A stretch of DNA of 64,000 nucleotides from Psammoneis japonica. Lineage: Eukaryota. The notes beneath the pieces were generated by a model. The model saw nothing but the letters and a program-made list of their open reading frames with translations. It had not been told where the DNA came from and did no database searches. The position numbers were made by a program, and so were the translations under genes. Below, one piece after another: positions 24,416 to 34,445 of this stretch. How positions within the stretch are numbered: position 1 is the first letter of the stretch; every line of letters begins with the position of its first letter. Location: contig QPGO01000031.1 of assembly GCA_008632985.1 (NCBI GenBank), positions 248,001 through 312,000 on the forward strand, given 5' to 3'.

Positions 24416-25939
24416 ATGACAGAACCCTCAACTACAGCAGCCTTTGGTGAGGATGCCATGATGAGTATCAAGCCCCCGGCGAAAAGAGACTTCGGTAGCC
24501 GTGCGATCTCTACCACCTGTCGAGTGGGAGGCAAGCTGACGTATATCTCTCGTTTGATTGTCGGGCTTCAGGAGAATTTGGCAGAGCTCGATGCCACAGC
24601 GAGCAACAGCGATTTGGAAAAATGGGCTATTTTTATTCATGAAAGCATGTCTATTTCGTCGAGAAACTATCATAGTGTTCAGCACGTGTTTGATATTTCC
24701 GAAGGCGCGGATGATCCGCTCTTGGTTATTTCTGCTTTTTTTCACGATGTCGTCTATTATCACGTCGATGGCTGCCTATCGCCGCTCCAGGAGGAGCTGG
24801 TAAAAGGAGTCTTTTGTGTTGAGCAGGAGGGGAGTCATGAGGTCAAGTTGTTGGAGTTTGATAGCGATCCCCTCTTGGCCATGGTTCACGGGGTGTTTGG
24901 GTACGAACCGGGACAAGTTCTGACTCCCATGAAGGGACTGAATGAGTTTTTATCAGCCGTGATTGCTGTTCGTCTCTTGAAAGATACCTTACCCATGAAG
25001 CAACTGACGGATATTGCCGTTTGTATCGAAGCCACCATACCCTTTCGTCCTCCCAACGAGAAAGGCACTTGTATGGACCGATTGTTTGCAAAACTGGTCA
25101 AAACAAACGAGAAGCAAAACCTTGGCTTGACGGAAGAGGAATGCGTCACTAGTGTGCAACGAGCCGTTAGTCTCTCCAACCGAGATGTTGGAAACTTTGG
25201 AAGTGAAGATCGGGTCTACTTTCTGGACAATACGTGGTCGCTCTTGCCCGAGACAAACGAACAGCTCCGCCATCAGTACCTTTATACAGTCAAGGAATTC
25301 CAGCTTGCCGTATTCAAGATGTGCGGTTTCTTTGGATTTTTGAATCCAGACGTGGTCTTTGTTCAGTACCGCAATGTTCCGTCTGACGAAGAGTTTAATG
25401 CGCTTGTGACGCAGTGCCGGCGAAACCTGCAGGTGGGTAAACGATATGTGCAAGCCAAGTTGTTGAGTTGCTCCATACTGGCTGCCTTTGCAGAATTGAC
25501 CGGCGGGGATGCTCCCATGTCACTTTTTATGGGTGACTTGCCTACAAGACGTCACTCTTCCATCAAGCTTGTTGACACGTTACCTCCACCGTCCAAGGAA
25601 ACCATGGAAAAGTGTGATTTGGACGTGTACAATATCCTCCGCAAGGGCCGCCAGGTGGAGACGTCTTTTGACATCAAGGAATCACCACTTGCAGCCTTTA
25701 TCTATGGGCACATGGGAGACGCTAATCTAGTCAAGGTACTGGATCGCAAGATTTGCCCAATGGGAAAGGAGGAAGCCAGGGACTTGCTAACGGCCATGCC
25801 AAGAATCACCATTCAGACTGTTGCCGAAAACATGGCCAAGGTGGCCGTGTCGCGGCGACAAAAGATTAAGCAAGTCTTGGAGAGCCTTCCACCAGAAGGA
25901 GATGGCGCAGAGGATGCGCCTAAAGTTAGTCAAGAGTAA
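24416..25939 (+). CDS. HD-superfamily-like hypothetical protein (paralogue A)
   Basis: RNYHSVQH...AFFHDVVY, GLNEFLSA, IAVCIEATIPFRP. Intronless 507-aa ORF. Confidence 0.75.
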   Translation: MTEPSTTAAFGEDAMMSIKPPAKRDFGSRAISTTCRVGGKLTYISRLIVGLQENLAELDATASNSDLEKWAIFIHESMSISSRNYHSVQHVFDISEGADDPLLVISAFFHDVVYYHVDGCLSPLQEELVKGVFCVEQEGSHEVKLLEFDSDPLLAMVHGVFGYEPGQVLTPMKGLNEFLSAVIAVRLLKDTLPMKQLTDIAVCIEATIPFRPPNEKGTCMDRLFAKLVKTNEKQNLGLTEEECVTSVQRAVSLSNRDVGNFGSEDRVYFLDNTWSLLPETNEQLRHQYLYTVKEFQLAVFKMCGFFGFLNPDVVFVQYRNVPSDEEFNALVTQCRRNLQVGKRYVQAKLLSCSILAAFAELTGGDAPMSLFMGDLPTRRHSSIKLVDTLPPPSKETMEKCDLDVYNILRKGRQVETSFDIKESPLAAFIYGHMGDANLVKVLDRKICPMGKEEARDLLTAMPRITIQTVAENMAKVAVSRRQKIKQVLESLPPEGDGAEDAPKVSQE

Positions 25940-26179
25940 AAGACGTGCTCAAGTGTTGCTGGGGTTGGGAATGGATAAAGTTTTGGGATTGCGTAATAAC
26001 TCAGCGTCACTTAGCTTTGCGTTTTATCCCACACATTGTTTAAGCTAAGTTCACGGGAACTGTTGAATGATCTCCCCCTCTGTTGTGCCCCACCTCAATC
26101 CAGGGACGAAGCCTGTCTTCCGCAACCTCTCTCCATTTTCAATTTTCGACCCACAAATTCCATGCTATAGGGTGATTAC

Positions 26180-26790
26180 GACTCCACACCACCCATGCTG
26201 GCCTTGTTCAATCTTTTGAGTGTGAAAGTGTCACAATCAAACTCTGCCAACGTCAAAGTGTGGTCAGGGGGAACTCCAACCCTTTGTGCCATTGCTTGGT
26301 CTGTGTGAATCTGATCACAAGGATGAGCTTGTCCTTCAAACCTGTGCAGTGCACAATGGTTCCTGCCTGCTGCAAGATGGCAAATGGGTGTCTTTTGCTT
26401 TCTGCTGGATGCTGGCGCAAACAAGTCAACATCATCTCTTTGTCTTTGCGAGAGTGTGTCACATGTCAGCACAGTTGAGTCATCAAGTCACACGAGTTTT
26501 GCTTGCATTTTCACACCATGAGCAATGGCTGTCATTTGTGTGAGCACTGCTTTTGATGCCAAGAATGTCGTCCAGAGGATCGTGGCACAGCTTCCAGCCC
26601 GGCTGCCACATGCTGCTGTGCAACAGAGGAGCCTTTTAGAGCTTGCATTTTTTGTGGAAACAGCTCAATTCCCAGCACACTGCTCAATGCCTGACACATT
26701 CTCATTTTTCAATGGGAGCTGACAGGCATGCTGACAGGAGGAGCAAATTTTGTCCAGGAGAGCTCTGTCAGTGCTGGCTTTAAGGTGGTG
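26180..26790. other. TpA-depleted hypermutated domain 3
   Basis: About 600 bp with only ttag/ttaa left. It ends a few bases inside the MITE left arm. Confidence 0.8.
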
Positions 26791-27278
26791 CGGGTACAAA
26801 AGTGGGCCAGATTCTACGCACGTAGAGCTTAGTATGTTTTCTACACAAATCGCCAAAGTCGGCTCGCCAACTTGAACCCTCTCCAGGACGATGGAAACTT
26901 GGACATTTCACATAACAAAGTGTTTCGACTACTTAATTACACTCTCCTCGACTTGTTTAGGGAGAGAAGTTACAAGTTTTCATAGGTTTCTGAGGATATA
27001 TATAACGAATCTAATCAGAAAGGTGCCGAAATCGCGACGTTCGAGTTTTAAAGAGAAATACAAAACGAGAAACCCATGGAAACTACTTGTAACTTCTCTT
27101 CATAAACAAGTCGAGGGAAGTGTAATTAAGTAGTCCAAACACTTTGTTAAATGAAATGTCCAAGTTTCCATCGTCCTGGAGAGGGTTCAAGTTGGCGAGC
27201 CGACTTTGGCGATTTGTGTAGAAAACATACTAGGCTCTACGTGCGTAGAATCTGGCCCACTTTTGTACCCGTACCACC
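26784..27278. mobile_element. MITE (non-autonomous DNA transposon), about 495 bp, long inverted arms, flanked by TTAA
   Basis: 26784-26910 is the reverse complement of 27152-27278 with 2 mismatches. Imperfect pairing continues to about 26991/27068. TTAA at 26780-26783 and 27279-27282. Termini GGTGG...CCACC. Confidence 0.92.
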
Positions 27279-27526
27279 TTAACAAGGGGAACACAGTCTT
27301 GAAGCTTGGGCTGACGGACAGACGAAATAGAAATGCGGACGTCGTCAGTCCCGCCTACGATTAGTCCCGAATGCCAAAACTGCACAGACGCGAGATTCGA
27401 GATTCGAGATTCGAGATTTGCATTCCGATCGCACCATGACCGTCACCGTGACAGCTCTCGAAGCGTCGGAAATTCAGCGCAACACCACAGCCGCATTTCT
27501 TTGATTTCTTAAATCGAAATCCAGGC

Positions 27527-28912
27527 ATGTCGTTATCAAGCAAAGACAAGACAGATCATGAGATGCTAGTTAAAGATGTTGTCTCAAGACTTGGTGACAA
27601 CCTATCGGCTCTGGGCGCAGGCAAATGCGGCGACTACTCTGAGCTTTGCCCCGTGGCCGAGATTATATGCGATAGCATGACCCTACCCAGTCGATTTTAT
27701 CACTCGATCAATCATGCCATTGATGTTGCTTCTCGTGTGACCCATCCCATCCAAGTCCTTGCCGCCTTGTTTCATGATGTTGTGTACTGTTTTGTGGATG
27801 GTGGATTGACGACAAGCCAGAAAGGCATCCTTGAAGGAATTTTCGAGCAAGATGGAGAGCCAAAGTGGAAACTTTGTCAATGGGATCCCAAGAAAAATTC
27901 CATGGAAGCCAGGATTGCATCAATCTTTGGGTTTCGTTCTGGGCGAGAGCTGAGTGACCGCGATGGATTGAATGAGTTCTTGTCTTCAATCCTAGCGGTT
28001 CGGCTTCTGGACGATTTTCTTGACGAAAATGACCTAGTAAGAATTGCAGTCTGTATTGAAGCTACCATTCCGTTTCGACCTGTCGATTCTGTGGGTAACA
28101 CTCCGATGGAACGGCTCCACCACAGACTTGTTCACACCAACACGGAATATGCTTCTGTTTTGTCGAAACAGGAAATGATCGAAGCAGTACAACTTGCCGC
28201 AGGGTTGGCCAATGCTGACAATTGGCATTTTTGTTCCAAAAACTTCAAAGAAAAAAGTGGGTTCTTGAAAGGCTCATTCTTGCTGTTGCCCGAATGGAAT
28301 GCGAATCTCCGGGACGACGCAACGTGCACTATTTCTGATTTTCATCAAGAGCTCTACAAATTTCACACCATGTGCATCCATACAGATCCCTCCAGGATCT
28401 TTTCAAGCTTCAACAATGTCCCAGATGAGGAAACCTTGTCAGACATGACTGAAAAGGCAAAGGAAAATGTCAGTTTGGCTCTGCGCTTTATTCGCATAAA
28501 ACTTGTCTCAGTCTCAGTCCTCCTCGCGTGCGCCCTCGAGACGGGAGGGGATATACCAACCAAGGCCTTTCGTACGGCTTTCACCGCTCCTCCGGATCTC
28601 CCATCCTACTCTTTGTCATCTTCAATCGATTCTGAATTACACGAGCTACTTGCATGCAGTCAAGATTTTTCGTTCGATCCAATCTCATCATCCTTGGCTG
28701 CCGGCGTGTACAAGATTCTTGGCAATGACGGTACTGAAGACATCATGAGGAGCGTTGATTCACTGTATCCAATTACAAAGGAAACTTCTGCAGCACTTTT
28801 GGCAAGTTGCCTGTCGAGCATTGTCGACCTTTTTGTGCGGTATTTGGATAAGGCGGACCACAAGCGGCATGCGGAACTCGTGAAACTTCTGGCGAGGTTT
28901 GCTCGCAACTAG
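27527..28912 (+). CDS. HD-superfamily-like hypothetical protein (paralogue B)
   Basis: RFYHSINH...ALFHDVVY, GLNEFLSS, IAVCIEATIPFRP, colinear with paralogue A. Confidence 0.75.
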   Translation: MSLSSKDKTDHEMLVKDVVSRLGDNLSALGAGKCGDYSELCPVAEIICDSMTLPSRFYHSINHAIDVASRVTHPIQVLAALFHDVVYCFVDGGLTTSQKGILEGIFEQDGEPKWKLCQWDPKKNSMEARIASIFGFRSGRELSDRDGLNEFLSSILAVRLLDDFLDENDLVRIAVCIEATIPFRPVDSVGNTPMERLHHRLVHTNTEYASVLSKQEMIEAVQLAAGLANADNWHFCSKNFKEKSGFLKGSFLLLPEWNANLRDDATCTISDFHQELYKFHTMCIHTDPSRIFSSFNNVPDEETLSDMTEKAKENVSLALRFIRIKLVSVSVLLACALETGGDIPTKAFRTAFTAPPDLPSYSLSSSIDSELHELLACSQDFSFDPISSSLAAGVYKILGNDGTEDIMRSVDSLYPITKETSAALLASCLSSIVDLFVRYLDKADHKRHAELVKLLARFARN

Positions 28913-29289
28913 AGATATTTAGAATAATTGTAATAGATAGAAGTGGTGTCGGATTGTCTCGGCCGTGAGCCAGTAACACGGAGTTTTAGCTAGAGGCTAT
29001 GTCTGTGCCGCCATCATCCGTTGGTACATACATGTCGGGGACTACAAAAGAATATGCTGTGTGATACCGTAGAGAATCGCGCCCTGTGGCTACCACCGCT
29101 TGAAATATGCCGAGGCTGCCATGATAAACTGAAGGATCATTTTGTAACTCAACAATGTCTTGGGGCACTCAAACGCTCTGGTCTGACGTACATTTATGAA
29201 GATCCAACTGGCATAGCATAAATAACGTCCATGTAAAGGCAGTTGATAATCAGACTTGCGCAAAGCTTGTAGATTTTTTCTCCAATTTA

Positions 29290-30816
29290 TCAACTTTTTC
29301 TTCTTACTATTCGTTTCGAAAATGATCGAGTCCATCTGGCGACAATGGTAGCTACCCATGCAATTATATCGCCGAGTATTCGTGCATTGGACCCAAGGGG
29401 ACCGGTGAGCAGATGAAAATAGACTGTGGACGCAAGGCCGTAACGTCGTGGCGAAGAACCTTTGGTGCTTTTGATTTTGGATACATTGTCACTTTTCTCG
29501 ACAAGTGACTTGTTATTGAGCTGCTGAGAAGGCTTCAAGCCTGCTAATGGGTCACTGGTAGTACTGCCGACCTTGGCGCCCGCACTGCTACGTGTAGCAG
29601 TGCCGAGGAGGATCGATTGAATAACTTTGGAGGATATTTCCCCTTCCTCCGCACATGCCTCGACCACATCTCTCTTCAGACAAAGGCGTATATCTTCAAG
29701 CTGTGTAGATGACTCTGTAATACTAAAACTTCCCCTGAATGGATCTGCAAGATTGAGGCACAGAGCCGCTGTTCCAGACAGCACCCCCACAATAATGGCA
29801 AAGAGCGTACGAAGCTGCACCGAGTTGAGATACTGCAATACTTGCTGGTTCGAGTTGAGGAGGAATGTAAAACAAACGGAAAGACTGAGCGCAATGAGGA
29901 CTCCCCAATGAATGACCGGAAAGACAGATAGCAGCAAGGCGACGCGATCGGAACGGTGCCCATTCAGACTTAGGATGAGTCCCTCGGCCACACCGACGCT
30001 TCCCTGTCGACTAGCTGCGGCACCGTCCACGCCGTGTAGCATATCCGCTAACTGATCAAGCTCATTGACAGCGATCCCTCCACTGAGTTGTAGCTCCTCG
30101 AGCGCGTCAACAGCACCCACGCTGCATTCACGTTCCAACTGTTCTACATAGGCACACATTAACGCCAGCGCCTGAGCTCTCCGAGTTGCGTGTTGCCGAG
30201 TTCCAAACATCCCAAACACCGCCCTTCGCAAAAGCCGCAGCTCACAAGACTCTTTGTTGATTAAAGCTCGCAGCTCCACCTGTCGCTCACGTAATACATT
30301 GATTGTGGTGGAAACCAACGTTGCGAGCGCAATGGATATCACGGGCACAACAACACCGGTAATTGTAGGACGCAGCAACGTTGTTGTGAACTGACCTCCA
30401 TCGACATTTCTTCCAACGAACCCATACTGATCGAGTGACACTGCCAATGCATGACTAATATCCTCCCATAGCAAAAAGGCTGCTATGGAGGGAAGGGTCG
30501 CAAGCAACAGAAAGAACCGATCCTCCTTGTCTCGTGTTTCTTCTTCCTGCTCGGTTTCGGCGCGTCTTCCTCTAGCTCCAAGTAGATCTTTCCAAGCTTG
30601 TCTGCTTTGCATCTTTGTCATGGGAGCCTCTGAATAGAGATCGACATCATTTTCAGTCTCTTCGTCTGTGGACACGGATGCAAAAGATCGAGTCGGTTGT
30701 TTTATCCGTTGTTTCACGATGAATGTTGCTTGATGATGCTGGAACGCAAAAGTAGTCGAAATAGAAAAGACCAGAGACAGTAGGAAGAGCATACAAGTAT
30801 TGAGGTGGCGCAACAT
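29290..30816 (-). CDS. Plastid-targeted multi-pass membrane protein (DUF4239-like, tentative)
   Basis: Signal peptide ending TFA-F, several TM helices and a LADPFRGSF motif. Confidence 0.6.
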   Translation of the reverse strand: MLRHLNTCMLFLLSLVFSISTTFAFQHHQATFIVKQRIKQPTRSFASVSTDEETENDVDLYSEAPMTKMQSRQAWKDLLGARGRRAETEQEEETRDKEDRFFLLLATLPSIAAFLLWEDISHALAVSLDQYGFVGRNVDGGQFTTTLLRPTITGVVVPVISIALATLVSTTINVLRERQVELRALINKESCELRLLRRAVFGMFGTRQHATRRAQALALMCAYVEQLERECSVGAVDALEELQLSGGIAVNELDQLADMLHGVDGAAASRQGSVGVAEGLILSLNGHRSDRVALLLSVFPVIHWGVLIALSLSVCFTFLLNSNQQVLQYLNSVQLRTLFAIIVGVLSGTAALCLNLADPFRGSFSITESSTQLEDIRLCLKRDVVEACAEEGEISSKVIQSILLGTATRSSAGAKVGSTTSDPLAGLKPSQQLNNKSLVEKSDNVSKIKSTKGSSPRRYGLASTVYFHLLTGPLGSNARILGDIIAWVATIVARWTRSFSKRIVRRKS

Positions 30817-30991
30817 GTTCAAGACTGCGTTCTACGTTCTTTGTGCCAAAGCTCCGAAGATCGCCATCATTGCGCGATGCGTCGGATGTCGACTGACGAC
30901 AGCGAAAAAGATACCATGACAGACGGTGAATGATTGGGGTTATGAGTTATGAGTTTTAGTACCCCCGCGGTAGTTACCAGAGTCGTCAATA

Positions 30992-32671
30992 CCGTCCCGT
31001 TACACCCAAAATTCTACCCAAGTAGTATTTTTCTACTGGAAAGTGGAATTCTCGTATGTAGAACTGTCAACACGGTGTTGGTATCTTCTAAAAAGATCTA
31101 CCGTACATCCACTGTTTATTCCACTCAGGTAGAAGGCACAGTAGAATTTTCGGAGCCAAAAATTCTACCCTGCGCGCCCCTTTCGCGCGATCTAAACCGT
31201 CTGTCCTTAGTGAGGTGGGGTGCGACGGTATGAACAAAAAAATACTGAAAGTTCTACTCGTCTCAATGCGGCATCTCAACCATGAGCGTCGCCGAGTACA
31301 ACCCCAGCAAATGTGCCAATGCCAACTTCATATATTTTGGCATGGAAAGCAGCACTCACAGGTGTCCTGAGTAGAGCCTAAACATTCGTGCCACTTGTGG
31401 CGAAAACAGACGGATGACTTGCACCACTTCTAACTTTGACAAGCTCTAAAGCACCTATTTGAGATTGTTATTGTGAGTTCTATGTTTAAATGGTACTAAA
31501 CAATTGCATTAGACAAAAGAATTGTCAGCATCTCATCGCACTTCCGCCAGCTTGACAAGAAAACAAGCTGCTCCCCAGCGCTGAATGCACGACCAAAGGT
31601 TGCAACCGTTGACATTTCTAGATTGTTCCACATCCCCGGCTTGAGATGCATTTTTTAATAACTATTTGGTCCGTAATGACCTTGGTACTTTTGCTGCAAT
31701 GGGTGCTGAGTGGACCTGTGAGCGACGACGAGACCGGAGAAACAGTGAGGAGCAAACTCTGCCACACTTAAAAATCATCAAACGCCCAAAACATGAGATG
31801 TGTACAACAAACAAACATTACCATCACATTTTCGACACTATCATTAGCAAATTTTGTTGTTCTTACCTTTGCAGTCCGAAGCCGAGCTTGATTATGAATG
31901 CTGCTGTGTCAGACGCGGCAGTCCTGTCAGTGTCCTCTCTGGGAGCAAAAGTCGCGAAACACCCAAGAGGTGAGGAGCAGCAACAAATCCACTGCAAGTA
32001 TCTTTTTTTCCATAGTCATATTAGTCCATAGCGGTGTTCATGCCGTCGTTGCAATGGGTGCCGGGTAGACCTGTGAGCGACCACAAAACAATAGAAAAAG
32101 TGAGAGAAAAGCTGTGCCCCAGAAAAAAGCATCAAACGCCCAAAAGACGGGCTTTGTGATGAATACAAACACAGCCATAAGATTTTGAATAGTTCCTTTA
32201 GCGAGTATTGGAATCTCACCTTTGTCCTTAAATTACCGAGTAGAAATATCGACGCTACTGTTACCGACGCGGTGGCGCCACGTGTTTCCTCTCTTGCAGC
32301 AAAAGTCATCAAACACCCAAAAGGCAAGGGTAAGCAAAAAATCCAAAGCAAGCATCTTTTTTTTCATAGTCTCATTAGTCAATATTGGTGTTCATACCTT
32401 TGCTGTAATGGGTACCGAGTAGGACTACGGGCGTTCAAAGGCCATGGTCAAGGTGACGGCACGGTGTTTTTCGGTGTTTTTTGAGCGTCGCTCGCTTCGT
32501 CTTGGAGTTTTTTTTCGGCTTCGCAACTCCTCGCGTGTGGTTTGCGTAGGTTGATTACTAGCACGTAGCTTCTATACTGATGGCTACGGCTTGGTCTTCT
32601 TCCCCGTAGGATGAGTACTAATCTCTACAGGGTAGAACTGAGGGTAGATTTTTTTGGATGTATTGGCCCGG
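30992..32671. mobile_element. Putative non-autonomous DNA transposon with imperfect TIRs and TA flanks
   Basis: Left end ta|ccgtcccgttacacccaaaattctaccc versus right end reverse-complemented ta|ccgggccaatacatccaaaaaaatctaccc. Subterminal TCTACC/GGTAGA repeats at both ends. No credible ORF. Confidence 0.4.
31640..32435. repeat. Diverged tandem array, 177-bp monomer with ~355-bp dimer periodicity
   Basis: The (atc/gcg)aaac(g/a)cccaa anchor occurs at 31777, 31954, 32131 and 32308. tg(c/t)aatgggt occurs at about 31695, 32050 and 32404. Confidence 0.8.
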
Positions 32672-33027
32672 TACCTGTACTGTAGCTTGCGCTGCTGTTT
32701 GCTCCAGAGAGCTTACCTATCGACGCTTCGATTGCTCGTCCCACCGCAGTATCAGCCTAGAGTGAACTGAGGTAGTGGTGATAAGCACTTCTTTGCCAGT
32801 TGGAGCACCGCTAACTCAACATAGGACAAGAATAGACTAGCTAGTTAGGAATGGAAAGCGTGTTTGAAACGCCAGAGAACACGGGTTCAATCGACCCTGT
32901 CGTAATCTCTATTCTTTTCCCGTTATTTAAGAAGTCTGGGAGCCTCAATGAAGGTTATGGAAGGTCACTGTGCACAAGCATTGTTTTTTTTTAAAAGTCG
33001 CGTCTAGAACAAAAACACCTGCATGCC

Positions 33028-33840
33028 CTAGCACATTTTCACTCCATTGCCGTGGATAATGCTAAAGAATTCAGCTCGCGTTTTCGGGTTGGTCTCAAAG
33101 CAACCACGCACACTGCTGGTCACTGTAGCGGAACCCACTTTCTGTACACCCCGCATCACCATGCAGAGGTGCGAGCACTCCACAACCACAGCCACACCGA
33201 GTGGATCTACCGCTTCAACAATGGCGTCCGCAATTTGTCGTGTAAGTCGCTCTTGTACTTGAAGACGACGCGCAAATATTTCTGCAATCCTTGCCATTTT
33301 CGATAGACCCAGAACTTTGCCATTCGGAATGTATCCGACATGAACTCTCCCCGAAAAGGGAACCATGTGATGTTCACAGAGCGAGTGAACGTCAATGTTT
33401 TTTACAACCACCATCTCATCATGATTCTCCTCGAACACAGCATCATTTGTAACTTCATGACATGTTTGATTGTAACCCTTGGTCATGAATAAGAGAGCCT
33501 TGGCCCAACGATCAGGAGTCTTTATTAATCCCTCCCGAGAAGGGTCTTCTCCAATACACTCCAGAATCGTGCGACAGGCCGACGTCATTTTATCTAGCTT
33601 GTTTTTTTCGTCTGCCTCGGATTTTGTCTTTTTCGCAGCCGCTTCAATCGCTAGTTCTTCCACGCTCCGAGTGCGTTTCTTGCCGTGGCGATGAATCATG
33701 CGGGTACGCGTCGCCTCACACGTGTTGCAGATGCACACTTGACCAGAGGCAGCTCGGCACGTGTTAGTGCTCACTACCAACTTGTCACTCTCGTCGGTAT
33801 CAGACGATACAAAGGTTGCGTGGGATGAAGAAGCGGCCAT
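33028..33840 (-). CDS. GCH1: GTP cyclohydrolase I
   Basis: [51 protein letters not shown]. Confidence 0.97.
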   Translation of the reverse strand: MAASSSHATFVSSDTDESDKLVVSTNTCRAASGQVCICNTCEATRTRMIHRHGKKRTRSVEELAIEAAAKKTKSEADEKNKLDKMTSACRTILECIGEDPSREGLIKTPDRWAKALLFMTKGYNQTCHEVTNDAVFEENHDEMVVVKNIDVHSLCEHHMVPFSGRVHVGYIPNGKVLGLSKMARIAEIFARRLQVQERLTRQIADAIVEAVDPLGVAVVVECSHLCMVMRGVQKVGSATVTSSVRGCFETNPKTRAEFFSIIHGNGVKMC

Positions 33841-34445
33841 GTTGGTAAGGTTGTTGTCGTTGTTTTCTTTGATTGTAAGCACAGGGTGTCAGAATTTGGA
33901 ATTACAACAGAGGTGCAAAGCACGTGCTTCGACTACAGAATCTCCATCCGACACAACGGACAAACGATTTTATTGGTGGTGTCTCTCCCTCCGACGTCAT
34001 CGGTACAAACCTACAGAGGTCCACGTAAGCACGATCAACGTCATCATGACGTCTTCTAATCCGTTGACTGATATGATAGATCGTCAACCGTCGCCACCCG
34101 TCGAAAAGTTAGACTTGCTTTACTCGTGACTCTCTCTACTCTACTCTTCTCTCTACTAGCTAGAGAGAAAGCTACTCTCTAGCTAGAGAGAGTAGCTACT
34201 AGTACCACTTCTCCTGCCACCGTCCACAATGAACACAGTGGCTGGAGAAGAGGCGAGTAGACTCTAGAGAGAGTCGTCTCTACTCTGCATGTACGGGCCT
34301 ACCAATGGTGCATTCCTCTTTCTAGTGCACTCAGAGAACTATTCTACTGCAACACCAGCTGTTCTCAAGTAAGCAGGCAACATCAACGGCAACTGGAGAC
34401 TCCCACAAGAAGCAAAAAACTGCTCTGCAGTAGCAAAATTCGTCT

